This document shows positions 27,266 to 41,214 of a stretch of DNA of 64,000 bases, one piece after another. The notes beneath the pieces are model-generated. The model was not told the origin of the DNA, ran no database searches, and worked only from the letters and a program-made list of their open reading frames with translations. The stretch is from positions 39,682,001 to 39,746,000 of the forward strand of contig OZ249436.1 of the NCBI GenBank assembly GCA_965235115.1, written 5' to 3'. The translations under genes and the position numbers were made by a program. The stretch comes from Laetmonice hystrix (taxonomy: Eukaryota). Each line of letters opens with the position of its first letter. Position 1 is the first letter of the stretch.

Positions 27266-30200
27266 TTATTGGAACCATAATTGTGCGAGTGTCCATTTCG
27301 TGAAATTAATACCGTACTCACTCCATTCATTGTTAACAAACCGTGAGTAGCATTCCCACCTGGCAGGAGGATTTTACTGGTCGATATTATCATCCGCTGT
27401 CTGGTGGTCACCGGCGGACAAGGGCTCCTAGATTTAATTTGGATCTATTGGCGGTCGTGGCGGTTCTTTACCAATTCTGTCACCGGAGCCGGTTTTAATC
27501 GGGGGGGGGGGGGGGGCACTGATTCAGTTATGAAGAGTAAAATGTTTCTTTAGTCGTTATAATATATTATATGCAGACATTTCTGTTACTTTCCTGTACC
27601 TAAAATGTTAATGTATATTCTGTCAGGCATTAGACGAAGAATGACGTCACTGAAAGGTAGAGAAACAGATAGAACAATATCCTTCTCTCTTTAATGATCG
27701 CGCTGCTTTTCAGACGCTGCGACAGCAGAACAATGCAGCTCGCGCGGCAGTCTGTTTGGTCTGACACGTCACTAAATCACAAGTAATTAGCAGGATCGCA
27801 AGCTTACATGCTGCCTCCCTTATAGATAGTCACAAGTCCACCGGTAAGGGAAAATATATATAATGTTGCTAGCGGTAATGTCAATACGTCGTCAGTGCAT
27901 GATAGCGATTGTCAGGTGGAGTCCAGTGTCTATTTAAAGCTACATGAAAGAGAGGCGGATGTCTGAAGCTTTCAGCCCTCCCGAGACTGATGGCGGCCAT
28001 CAGTGGTGTGAAGAGAAACGGGGCACTAGAAAAGTGTACATGTTGAAAAGGTCAGATGATATCTTATCTTTATTGCAGTTATATTTATTACCTAATTCAT
28101 AATTACGATGGGTGGATATAACGCAGAGAATGGTAGGGACTCCGGGAATCTTTAGATTGTCATTAAATCAAGTTTTTTTACGAAGGCAGATTTGGTTAGA
28201 TCAGAAATGACTGCAAAGCAGGGGAAGTAAAATCGCACTTTCTCATCGAATATTAATATGACGCCTCGGATCTTGTTTACGTGAATCCAGTTGTATTTGT
28301 TTGGGGGGGGGGGGATGACGTTATTTTTTCTGTTGGCATTTTTTTTTAATTGGCACCAACGTGGCCTGGTGATTGAGGTTGATCTTGCGGTGACCAGCTA
28401 CGTGTCTAGACACAGAGGCGCCGATCTCGGCCACCTATAGCTGAACACCTTCTGGGCAAGCGATCAGCGCTGAATTAGTTGGGTGTCAGTGTATGTTAAG
28501 GTTTTGGTCTACGCTCCGCATTAAACATTAGTGGCTGCCGAGGCTCACTTTTAATTGATGCTGTCAGGGCTGACGAATTATGCACGCTGTACTGGGAGCC
28601 CATCACGCGGGTATGGTACCAGGATATTTATTCAACGGAGGCGGCAGATTCCTAATGTCTCCTTCCGTAATTAATTGCATTGATAATTGTGAAATCTCTT
28701 TGAAAATGGTCTATTTCAAAGTGTGTTTTTTTAACTGCTCAATCCTGGTATTTGAATAGCCGATTTGTAAAGTCAAAGTAATTTTAGAATATTTATCAGA
28801 GGCAGGTATTGTTGGTGTAATTGCGTTTCATTTCTATTCAATCAAACAAATTCTTGGGTTTCATTTAATATATCTAAGTGAAGACATGGCGGATGGACGT
28901 GTCAGAATGGATTAACCTTATTTCTTGGATGTGGATGCCATATTTCTATTTTTGAACTGAAACTGACCATGCATTCTGCACCGATTTGTCAGCGTCATAT
29001 AGCTAATAGGGATGTTTACCTTCGTCAGTATCGACAACATGGTCCTCATATTTAATCGGTTTGTAACTGTTGTGAAAGGGAAGTCAGTTCGTTGTTTCTC
29101 TTAGTATTAGAATTTTGTTGGTAATTTTGATAAGGTTGCCTCTCTGATTCTGTAACCAAAGAGTTCCTGTGTAGGCAGGGGCGTGTTTTGTTCAGCATAC
29201 AGGTAGGGCCTAACACACTCTATGAGAATCGGTTTGCAATTTATTTTACCGGCACCATGAATGTGCCGTCAATACGTGCGGGTCGCCGGGTGGGGACAAA
29301 ACATGACACGACGCTAAAGTCAAGCAGCAGAGACAAGAGCTAAGTGAAAGGTTATTGCCCTTTTGTGGCAGTGGTCACACCTCCAAATGCGCAGGCAAAT
29401 TGCACCAGCATGCGCAGAGCCACATGACAATGGGCACGCGTCTCCAGCTCCTTGTATCAGCGGGACCTGCAACTGAATTCTGTCAGTCCGGTCTAATAGC
29501 AGGACAGTCGTGGCATGCCTATATTGAACAGCATGAGGTGAGATCAGGCATGATTCTGTGGAGGGAACAATTGGTGGTTCTTAATTTTCCCGCCGGTGTC
29601 CCGGTCTCGTTAAAGCCTGCATGCTGGCCCAGTTTGATCACGGCCAGGGCCCCTGAGGGTGTGGGTGACCTGGCACTGACCCTTGCTGGGTAACCAGATG
29701 ACTACGACAGAAGATCAGATGGAGTCGATTGCCGGGCCAGGTGGCGGCAGTGGAGGGGTCAGATGGAGCCAATCATGCAGTCAGGTAGTCGCAGTTTGAT
29801 TGGACTGACACCTTATATCTGCAGTCACTCAGCGGTGGAGATACTCGCGTCAGCTCACTGCGAACGGCCTCAGGAGGGACGGGTGGGGGTGGAGGAGAAC
29901 AAAAATCGTTTCGGATGATCTTGTCCTAGCCATAGTTCCATTACTGGCCCGTAATGCAACAGGGCAGAATGGAATTGCAGTGCATGATGGTACAGTGCAG
30001 TAGCATAGCACGGGTCTATTGTAGATACATTATCCAAATTGGATCAGTGTGGAGACTTGGAGGGGGTGACTTTGATGAGCTAGCGTATGGTGAGTTCCCG
30101 TCAAGGTTTATGTCATTACCTGGGACACTGGCAGCTGGGGCCTTTCACGTGCAGCCTGAGACATGCACCTGAGAAGTGCCTAAAGACTAATGCAAGGTAT

Positions 30201-30681
30201 GCATAGCTAAGTGTTGTCGCACAGTGTATCTTAACGTCAGAAACTGGGGCAGGCTTCGGTGAATTTGATCCATTCCACATTACTGTAGCACCTGGTCGAA
30301 TAAGTGCTGTTTGTATTCTATGGAAAATGACTTTCACTTTTAGCAGAGAATCTTGGCTACACTATCCCAGACATGGTGTCTGTCTAACCCTGTCTGGACA
30401 CATTGCCTGTCTGTACCATCCCACCCATGACCTGTGGTCAAGATCTGATCCATAACCTTTCTGCACTATCCCACTCGGCAGCAATACCGCCATATAGGTT
30501 CGGCAATTTAGGAAGCAAGGGCGTTTCAAAGCCTTGTTCAGGTGGAGTATAAATTATTAAAAAATTCTTCAGTCTATTGTCGGTGGATGCCATTATTTTC
30601 AGGACCCCACAGGAAATTACGATGTGATGGTGACAAAAGTAAGAACTAGAGAAAACAAAGAAACAAAGGAGACCAAAAACG

Positions 30682-31308
30682 GCCTTGGAGCCCCTAAACG
30701 GTATGGTAGCCTTGGAGCCCCTTAACGGTATGGTAGCCTTTGAGTGCCTGAACGGTATGCTAGCCTTGGAGCGCCTGAACGGTATGCTAGCCTTGGAGCG
30801 CCTGAACGGTATGCTAGCCTTGGAGCGCCTGAACGGTATGCTAGCCTTGGAGCGCCTGAACGGTATGCTAGCCTTGGAGCGCCTGAACGGTATGGTAGCC
30901 TTGGAGCGACGGAACGGTATGCTAGCCTTGGAGCGCCTGAACGGTATGCTAGCCTTGGAGTGCCTGAACGGTATGCTAGCCTTGGAGCGACGTATGCTAG
31001 CCTTGGAGCGACGGAACGGTATGCTAGCCTTGGAGTGCCTGAACGGTATGCTAGCCTTGGAGCGCCTGAACGGTATGGTAGCCTTGGAGCGACGGAACGG
31101 TATGGTAGCCTTGGAGCCCCTTAACGGTATGGTAGCCTTGGAGCGCCTGAACGGTATGCCAGCCTTGGAGTGCCTGAACGGTATGCTAGCCTTGGAGTGC
31201 CTGAACGGTATGCTAGCCTTGGAGCGCCTGAACGGTTTGCTAGCCTTGGAGCGCCTGAACGGTATGCTAGCCTTGGAGCGCCTGAACGGTATGCTAGCCT
31301 TGGAGCGG
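30682..31308. repeat. Minisatellite, 27-bp unit x~23
   Basis: Unit gccttggagcgcctgaacggtatgcta. One unit is 6 nt shorter, so the reading frame (LALERLNGM)n stays open. Confidence 0.97.
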
Positions 31309-31395
31309 TGATAGAAGAAGTCCTAGGCTAACGCTTCCACGGAAATCTGATCTATAGACTAGGAGATCTCAGACATTGGTCCAATATAGTAAATC

Positions 31396-31563
31396 CAGTG
31401 ACAGCACCACGGCAGGGCATGGGGGCATTTTGCGCCCCCCGGTCATGATAACCCCCCCCCCCCCAGTCGACTCAAGTGATAAAACGCTTTGGTGCGCCCC
31501 CCAACTGTTTGCTTGCCCTCCATTTGCCACCCCCCAAGTTTGGGAATCCTGGTGCTGCCACTG
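31396..31563. mobile_element. 168-bp hAT-like MITE with 8-bp TSD
   Basis: cagtgacagcacca ... tggtgctgccactg (13/14 inverted match). Flanks are agtaaatc and aataaatc (7/8). A related copy lies at 57672-57856. Confidence 0.8.
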
Positions 31564-31697
31564 AATAAATCTACAACTAAGTATACAAGATCCCTTTTCT
31601 CTTATTGCTTATGTTAATTACCAAAAATATCCCTGTACATTAGACTCCTGTTATTATTCGTCATTTCTAAATTTAGCAACATCAAGGAGGCTTTTAA

Positions 31698-32225
31698 AGG
31701 GGCATATTATGAGGAAACGTTAAAAATCGGTATTTCATAGAACTTTTGCTGTTTTCATAAAGAGATCCTTCATTAAAATTGCTTGGTAAACAAAGACAGA
31801 CTTATCAGTTTCATTTTGCGTGAGAAATCGAAGTTTCTTAAGCTCCCTTGCCCGCTTCTCTGCCGATTTCGTAAAATATTTTTTGGGTGGCATTCTGATG
31901 CCGGGCGATCGAGTGCCACTGCTGAATTGTTTACAACTAAGCAAAGCACGTGACTAAGCACATGCAGAGAGTACATACACAGGATGTGACACAGTATGTA
32001 ATTACACGGGTTGATGGGGGGTTGTACGCCAAATTATGGCGGGAGATGTGCTATCGGGAGAAATCTATAGGTTTGGTCGTATAGAACCTACTTGTACTGC
32101 ATACGCAGCGAAAACACGTCGGAGGACAAAATGCTGTGGTAGGATTATTTACTTGGATCCCTAGTACACGGTCATGTTGGATAATTGTCGGAAATCCTCA
32201 AAAACGTGTTTCATAGTATGCCCCT
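31698..32225 (-). mobile_element. Kolobok-like non-autonomous DNA transposon (TTAA TSD), internally deleted copy
   Basis: TTAA|aggggcatattatga ... tcatagtatgcccct|TTAA (14/15 TIR). It is an inverted homologue of 63003-63857. Confidence 0.85.
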
Positions 32226-34129
32226 TTAATGCGAGTTTATTGATTACTTGACTGAACACGGCCGAATGTACGGTTTAAGCTAAGTCTGACGCTGGAGCAG
32301 TTTTCACCGTATATCTTCGAATAAAAAATATTAATTCAGAATTATTTTGATTTTGGCGGGCCAGCGGTGAATAATATTCGTCTCTATCCCACACATGTCA
32401 TAGGAAGGTTAATAGAGACTTTGTTCTCGGTGTGTTATTGTGGGCCTATGATGATCATGGAAGTCCTTCAGGGTGGGAAAACGGCCCCTGAAAATACCGA
32501 AATTTGTTGAAAATTGTTACTATTACCTTTTTCTGATTTAGCGTAGGTGGAAAAATATATCAATGTTGAAATTGGTGTAGAAACTGACGGAAAGGGGTTC
32601 TGAGAAGAAAGGATTTTTCAGATACAGTGCATCTGGAGTCCTGTATATTGATAAAGATTCAATGAAGTTCTTCTGATTGAATGAACTGCTGCGTGTTATT
32701 ACATGATACGACGATGGGATGTGAATGTTTGAAGTCATAACGCATCCACGCTGAGAACAAGGTATGAGTGGCTGTCCCAGTGGTCATCATCCCCAGGCTG
32801 TCCGCGGAATGGTCGGTTGAGTTTACATCTCCGGTCGATCAAGTGATCTGCGTGGGATGGTCCCGTCCAGGAAGGTCACCTTCCGCCCACCTTCATATGG
32901 AATGAGCGATAATAGCAGCGATACGCCAGCGAGCGGCCGTCGCTGTGGCGGCGCTGTGGGTGGTGAGAGGGGATGTTTTTTTGTGTGTGTTTTTAATACG
33001 GGAGCTAATGAAATAGCCGCCATGACTGGAGGCCGCCCCATCAAGCAGACCGGGGTTATACATAGGCTGTGGGACTCAAGCAACAGTAGAGGGCTCAAAC
33101 CAGAAATTGAAAATGGTTCAGAAAGGCGGTGACTGAGCAACTGGGGAGGCCGAGTAACTCGTGTTGTATACCCGCCCACGCCCATTCTCTCTCACCAGGC
33201 CGGTCTCAGATACGGTAACCTCCGTCTCTGACAGGCACATTAGCAATGATTTTAAGCGCCCGTTGAGGTTCTAGACACATTTAGATCTAGCCAGCGGGAC
33301 ATTATAGCAAATTAGAGCCACTATTTTCAACATCTTGATGACGTCATTTAGACGTAGGGAATTGAAGGAATCTGTATGATTTGATTAATTTTACAGACAT
33401 ATGAAACAAAATAACAACATCTTCCTGGGCTATGCCTATACACCCACACCCACACACACCGACACAAAACAGCTTGTTATGTTCAACTTTAGCGGGAATC
33501 TCAAGGGAGGATTTCACTTAATGCCTGCGCTCCTATTTTGCATCTGTAGTCACTATTACAGTGGGTAATGCCTTAACTCGATACCTGGATACCAGAACTG
33601 ATGATAGAATTATGTTGGGCCTGCCACAGGTCCGTCCCAGAAGCCAATAAGGGTTATCATATACAAATATAAGTAAAGTCAAGTAGCATAATAATTCATG
33701 TCTGATGGAATGTGATATGGTGATCTTATAATTGATTATTGATGAATTTTTAATGACGACTTTTGAATACATTATATTTCAGTTAGGCACTTTGCTAAGG
33801 AACTACGGAAGCCTTTCTTTAAAGAACCCCCACCCCCCACCCCACCCTCGTTTTCCCGTCGTTTTCTGTTATGCTGGTCATTAGTAGCCTTCGTTTAGAA
33901 TAACTTCCAGAATTTCGGTCTAAGATAGTAAACTTACAATTATAAGAAATTGCTTCCTTGCGTACTATTATGTTTCCCCAAGCCAATGGACCAGGTTATC
34001 CAAGCATGCTTATGTCAAACAGTGTTGGTGTGACTGGGGCGCCGTGTAAAATGTCTCGTGCTACTTGCTGGTCGGTGGTAGATTTATATCTAATCAGCTC
34101 ATCGTCATCATACATGAGACGTGATAAGA

Positions 34130-35568
34130 CTGAACGTCGTCTCGAGATGGCCTTACATGGCGACAGTCGGTCCGGTCACACAATCCACTGGACGTCGTCT
34201 CGAGATGGCCTCACATGGCGACAGTCGGTACGGTCACACAATCCACTGGTCGTCTCGAGATGGCCTCACATGGCGACAGTCGGCCCGGTCACACAATCCA
34301 CTGGACGTCGTCTCGAGATGGCCTTACATGGCGACAGTCGGTACGGTCACACAATCCACTGGTCGTCGTCTCGAGATAGCCTCACATGGCGACAGTCGGC
34401 CCGGTCACACAATCCACTGGACGTCGTCTCGAGATGGCCTCACATGGCGACAGTCGGCCCGGTCACACAATCCACTGAACGTCGTCTCGAGATGGCCTCA
34501 CATGGCGACAGTCGGCCCGGCCACACAATCCACTGGTCGTCTCGAGATGGCCTCACATGGCGACAGTCGGCCCGGCCACACAATCCTCTGGTCGTCTCGA
34601 GATGGCCTCACATGGCGACAGTCGGCCCGGCCACACAATCCACTGGTCGTCTCGAGATGGCCTCACATGGCGACAGTCGGCCCGGCCACACAATCCACTG
34701 GACGTTTCGAGATGGCCTTACATGGCGACAGTCGGCCCGGTCACACAATCCACTGGACGTCGTCTCGAGATGGCCTCACATGGCGACAGTCGGCCCGGCC
34801 ACACAATCCACTGGTCGTCTCTAGATGGCCTCACATGGCGACAGTCGGCCCGGCCACACAATCCACTGGTCGTCTCGAGATGGCCTCACATGGCGACAGT
34901 CGGCCCGGCCACACAATCCACTGGTCGTCTCGAGATGGCCTCACATGGCGACAGTCGGCCCGGCCACACAATCCACTGGTCGTCTCGAGATGGCCTCACA
35001 TGGCAACAGTCGGCCCGGTCACACAATCCACTGGTCGTCTCGAGATGGCCTCACATGGCGACAGTCGGCCCGGCCACACAATCCACTGGAAGACGTCTCG
35101 AGATGGCCTCACATGGCGACAGTCGGCCCGGCCACACAATCCACTGGAAGACGTCTCGAGATGGCCTCACATGGCGACAGTCGGCCCGGCCACACAATCC
35201 ACTGGACGTCGTCTTGAGATGGCCTCACATGGCGACAGTCGGCCCGGTCACACAATCCACTGGACGTCTTCTCGAGATGGCCTCACATGGCGACAGTCGG
35301 CCCGGTCACGCAATCCACTGGTCGTCTCGAGATGGCCTCACATGGCGACAGTCGGCCCGGTCACACAATCCACTGGACGTCGTCTCGAGATGGCCTCACA
35401 TGGCGACAGTCGGCCCGGCCACACAATCCACTGGTCGTCTCTAGATGGCCTCACATGGCGACAGTCGGCCCGGCCACACAATCCACTGGTCGTCTCGAGA
35501 TGGCCTCACATGGCGACAGTCGGCCCGGCCACACGAATCCACTGGACGTCGTCTCGAGATAGCCTCAG
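34130..35568. repeat. CpG-rich minisatellite, 55/58-bp unit x~25
   Basis: Unit gtcgtctcgagatggcctcacatggcgacagtcggcccggccacacaatccactg, with or without an extra gac triplet. Confidence 0.97.
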
Positions 35569-38500
35569 ATGTCGATGCCTATAGTCGCTCGACGTCACGG
35601 CAACATCTAAGGAGATTTCAATCATGTTTTTATATACGAGTCAATCTTGGAAGGAATTCGTGTAGACCCGTATGAAAACGCTTCATTGGGACAATTTTGA
35701 AGCATTTTACCATTACAGACAAATCTGTGTTCTTTTTGGCTTGTTTTCACACTTTCTTTATTTTTCATTATTTTAAAAATGTTTCACGTCTGTTTCATTG
35801 CTAAATGTTCATTGGAAATTGAAAAGATTATTGGGATGGTTTAAACGGTTAAGGAAATTATACGGTTCGTCCTTGTGAATTGCCTTGTTCGAACAATGCC
35901 ATTCACAAATATAAGTGGTTGTTCTGATAGTGAACCTATAGAAAGCAGGTCAAGCCTACTACCACCGATCCTTTTGATTAAAGTACATTAGTTACCAGTG
36001 GGTATTGATTCTCAGTAATTGTTGTTTTTGAAGCCAGGCCGCCACCTTGGCTGGCTTCACCTGACTGGGGACGACGACAGAGGCCAGGCTGGGACGAGGT
36101 GGCCGCTGGTCCACGGGACCAGTATTCAGGCTCACCAGCCATGTTGGATTGACGAAATGCGTGGGAGACGTTTGATGCAATCAGTGCACGGTCCCATGTC
36201 ATGTTAGGTGACCGACGTAACCGGCTCGTACCGGCGGCCATGTTGTCTTTGTACGTATGGAGGTCGTTGTGTCCTCTGATATAAATAGAGTTTCTTTGTT
36301 ATCGGCCACAGGCATGAGTTCCTAATATGAATTAAGAGTAAGGTCATTCACGTTCCAATGATTTGCCTTTTATCATATTTTTAGGGGTTTACCTTGCTAA
36401 GTGCTGTGTGGCAAAATCATTCCTTGAGGAACTAATTTTGTTGATTTTCAGTGTTGTCAATGGAAATCAGTCGATGAGTATTAGATAAGTGTTAGAAACC
36501 TCCTCGCCATTTTTCAGGTGAATAGATATTCGCCAGAAGGTAATATATAGTGGCATGGTAACAACCCTATTTATACCTGTGAGCTGCCGTGATCGAGGGG
36601 GGACAAAAATAGCCTGAGTAGAGTGTGATCACCCCAAATAGCCACGGAGACTGAGAAGGTAAGTGCAGGCGGAGACCTTTGCCATCACACTTAGGTTCGA
36701 CGGACGCCCTGATTCAAACATCTCATATCCAGGCTCATCTTCTTCTCAGATACAAATTCAAAAGGGCACGGTGACAAGAGACATGTCCTGGTTAGATATT
36801 ATTAGGTAGGAACTCGCACAAATCCAAGGATAGCTGTCAATGCTGGACCCTCTTATCACGGTGAAAGATGGTACGGTCCCCCCGAATCATACTGAACTCC
36901 CCCCCCCCCCCTATCATGTATGACACCAGATAGTAAAAATAGAACTGAATTTCAGAAAAAAAGGACTTTCGGAAAAAGGGAGTATTTTTTTGTCATAGGG
37001 CTAAAATAAAAGCTTTTATATCTTTTGATCCTGAACGATGAAGAGTTTTAAGTCCCGTTGCAGTACGAGGCATTGTCTCCTCCAATGGAAGACCCGCCTG
37101 TGACAAAAGACACGCCCCCATGCCGGATGGTGCAGTGGGTGTCCCTGCAGGGCGGCAGTCCGACCCCGCCCGGCCCAGTCCAGCTCCGTCCCGCCCGGCC
37201 ACACAGGAGGAGGTCCGCCCGTCCCGCTCGTTTTAATGGTCTCAGAGTCATGTCCTCCCACTTTGGCTGCTCCTCTGCCGCTTGTCACGGGAAATCCCTG
37301 CGGCACACGTCGACAGCAAGACGTGGAACCCGCCAAGAGTTCCCGCAGGGAGAATGTGACAAAGGTTTTCTTTCCTTCACCATTAGAACGACGCCAGCGT
37401 CCGTTAGCGCTGATTGCCTCCCCGCAATACTATACGGCAGCCACACTCTTCCCATAGGATCTCTCAAATACATTGGTACTAACGGGACCATACTTTGAAG
37501 TTTAAAAGAAATATATCTATAGTAATTATCCATGTTTTACTCTCAGGGTAATATCCCACTGTGTCCTTGCCGCGGTTCTCACTTGCTTACTTGTAAGTTA
37601 AGAGCCCTTTGTTGACAATTTCAGACCGGTAGTTTGGGTGTTGTTCCACTAATGGATAAGTTCGTAGCCGCTTGAAATCCACCACGCGTGGTCGGTATGA
37701 TAGGGTAATGCGTAACGTCTGCAGGATAATCGTTTCTGCCACGTCTCGGCTGCCATAATCCAGCAGACCCGCCTGACACAGAAAGGGGGAGTGTTGTATC
37801 GTGCACATTCAGTCAAACCACTGATTGCACCTCGTAATCCACAAGCCTCTAGCACCTCACTTTGGGCAGTACTGTATGGTGGGGGATTTCCTGCATCCAA
37901 TGCTAAAATAATAGGAAATCAATATAATTCCTTAAGCAAGATAATCAGCCCTTTAAGCCACTGTTAAGTCGGAAGGATACTGGTGTTTAAAAATTATTAT
38001 TATTCTCCAAAATGGTGATTTGTACGTACTTATGTCAAGGTCGACCATTGAGAGAAGGTGTCGCATGACGATCGCTGTCCTTGCTTTATTGGACAAAGTC
38101 TAAGTGCCGGACACCAAAGGTAGGTGGGATCCGGGTAATCCTGTCTATACATGTCAGTCTGGGGGGTCTAGAAGAACTGGGTTGATATGTTTGTGTTGTG
38201 TCTGAGACAAGAAATGCATTAAGAGATCCCTTTTCAATAGTCAGGATAGTTTTTGTATAGAACTAGAAGAGAAGAGAACAGTCAGTAATGTAACAGTACG
38301 TTTCTGTTATACACTATATTTCACCGTTTATGACGTCATGAATGTCAAAATACCGCAGTTTGGGCAGGTATTGTGGAATAATCAAAAAGACATCATGATA
38401 TTATATTCCCTGTCGGTGCATTATGGTCTTGTGTTAATATTGCACCTGTTCTGTAGAAACTTCGAGTCATCATTGTTGCGGAGATAGCGGGATACATTAA

Positions 38501-40719
38501 TATGGATGTGAAAACCATCCTTGAAGAAGAAGTCGTTGAAAAACATCACAGGTTTCATGACAAGCTGCCCTACGGCACGTCCGCCTTCTCTGTTTCCGGG
38601 AAGAAGTTCTATTTTATCCACAGGACGATTCAAAAATCGTCGGTGGCTTTGGCCAGTGGGAGGAAATGTCTCCTTTTCCGCGGTCTGCATTATGGATCGT
38701 CTTTCACTGAGAACCGTGTGGTTTTTCACAACGATTCCGGTCATACCTTTGTGTAACCCGATCCAGCAGGTTTTATTTAGATGGCAAAGTTTGAAGGCTA
38801 TGTGTCCCGCTCGGGTGGCGTGTTTGAAGTGAACCGTCCGGGTGCCTACCGCGGTGAGGGAGGCACTGACTGGACCCGGCACTTTTCTATCGTTTCTTGC
38901 TGCTCTCCTATATTTCCGGCTGAAATAATCCGTCAGACATCTGTCGGTACGTCAAAGAAAAGTTCCTCATAATGGCCGCCGTCATGTTGGATTGCGACAG
39001 AGGTAGACGCAGATATTGGCGGTCGGCCGTGCCGCAGCCAGACCTGACGGCATGTCTTTGTGATCTGCTATCGTGTGACAGTCGCACTGTGTTACCGACA
39101 ACTTCGATACAACACCTTCCCCGACGTCTGGTTAGGAGGCTGAAACCACTGGCTTCCCTTACCAAACCCCGCCTATTCCGCACTGATTCTATTGCTCGGT
39201 ACGCTTCACCAGACGCGCAGCAGTGCGCCAAGCGAAACGTGATCGCAACCCTTCGGCTCTTTAAAATCCACGGCAGTGAAGCTGGCAGATTAGCAGCTAT
39301 TTATCAAAGGGATTTTAGAGCTCTTTTAGAAGCGTTTGCCAGGCCATTAGGGATGAAACAAATCAAGACTTTTATGACGTTACCAATATTGTGCTGTGTT
39401 GGCAGTGGCGTTTGTACATGTTATTCTTTGTGAGAAGTGGTAGAGGTATTATATACATACGGGATCAAGCTATTGTCCACTAGAAGCCTGTGTGACACGA
39501 GGTGGGGAAAGGGGGGGGGGCGGTGCACCCATTGATTCCTGGCAAGGCTACACATTGGCACTAGCCTGCTGACAGGTGCGCTGACAAGTGTTCGGCTTGC
39601 CGCTGATAGAGCAGCCGGCAATATTGACAGTATTTGAGGTAAATTTGTCATCAAGCCTCGCACAAGCAGAGCAGTACAATGTAAGATTTGGCCAATGATG
39701 GTCTGTTTGCCATGTAATCTGGTTTGAGCGTCACTGATGCCCGTCACTGGTCAGCAGGCGCCCGGCGGGAATTGTCAGGGCTGGTGGTACGTGTCCCCCG
39801 GGCGAGTTGGGGTAAGCGGGCCCGGGACCTGGGTCAGACCAGCAGTTTGATCTGCCCCGCCCCAACCGGCCAGCGGGGCCGTTCAATAGAGAAGCCAGCG
39901 AACATGGAAAATAGATTAAAACTGTGTTGATGTGCTGAGGATGGCTTGGCAGTGTTTTGTGGAGGACGGATATACGATCCAGCTTGGAGCCATTGTGCCC
40001 AGGCGAGGTGTGCTGGGATCATTATATAGGGAGGGAACACTTGGACCGCGGGTGACGCTGTCTTATACCTCAGGCTTGGATACAACCCCTGTGGCCCGAC
40101 ACAAATAAACCAACAAAGCCTTTGTCATTTAATCTACCATCTAACAATGCGCAGCAAGGTCCAGGTGCTTGTGACTATGCCAAAAGATTTGCCGAGGTGA
40201 ATTGGATGGCATGCAGTTTCCACTTCTGAAAGTATTATGTCTCCAACGAGGGCGGTCGGTGTGAGTGCAAGCGTTTATAAACGGACGAATGTATTTTTAA
40301 TGATCAGTGTTATCAATAACTTCATTTTCGTAGCTCTGTCACTGCTAGTTTACGGAAGAATTGTGTTGGGATTTCAGAGCATCTTGCACCGTACATGGAG
40401 GAAAAGACGACCAAGTGGTAAGAGAGCTAGGGTATATGTGCCATTGGTCGTGGGGGTGGGAGTGAGTAGCTTAGTTAGGTGACCACTCTGTGTTTGGTGG
40501 GTGCGGCTGTCGACGCGAGTTTGTGCGTTGACCGGACGGGCCGGTCGGTCGGTGGGTCAGGGCGCTGAGACGACTGTCGCCTGACTGATAGGGCTTCCTG
40601 TAATGTACTGAGAGTGCTACCTGCTGTCACAGGACACACTGATACGGGTGGGACACTCGCTGACCAACACCGACAGGTTGGGAGCCTATACTGATAGCCT
40701 GATATCTACCGAGAGATAT

Positions 40720-41214
40720 AACATGTACCGGGAAGTAAACAGAAGCTTGTTGTTACAGGTCGTCCAGTTGTAGGCGTGCACAACATGTACCGGGAAGTAA
40801 ACAGAAGGTTGTTGTTACAGGTCGTCCAGTTGTAGGCGTGCACAACATGTACCGGGAAGTGAACAGAAGCTTGTTGTTACAGGTCGTCCAGTTGTAGGCG
40901 TGCACAACATGTACCGGGAAGTAAACAGAAGGTTGTTGTTACAGGTCGTCCAGTTGTAGGCGTGCACAACATGTACCGGGAAGTGAACAGAAGCTTGTTG
41001 TTACAGGTCGTCCAGTTGTAGGCGTGCACAACATGTACCGGGAAGTAAACAGAAGGTTGTTGTTACAGGTCGTCCAGTTGTAGGCGTGCACAACATGTAC
41101 CGGGAAGTGAACAGAAGCTTGTTGTTACAGGTCGTCCAGTTGTAGGCGTGCACAACATGTACCGGGAAGTGAACAGCAGCTTGTTGTTACAGGTCGTCCA
41201 GTTATAGGCGTGCA
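40720..41214. repeat. Minisatellite, 62-bp unit x8
   Basis: Unit acatgtaccgggaagtaaacagaagcttgttgttacaggtcgtccagttgtaggcgtgcaca. Confidence 0.97.

Noticed and set aside
30258..30275. GEFDP pentapeptide identical to a POLD2 motif (MPGEFDP)
   Set aside because: Flanking residues (GAGF...FHITVAPGR) do not resemble POLD2 and there are no fitting splice sites, so it is a chance match.
33958..35675. 288-487-aa ORFs
   Set aside because: They are products of the 55/58-bp tandem repeat and show no recognisable domain.
38421..38972. Cluster of overlapping 60-150-aa ORFs in unique sequence
   Set aside because: No recognisable domain on either strand, which is compatible with random ORFs.
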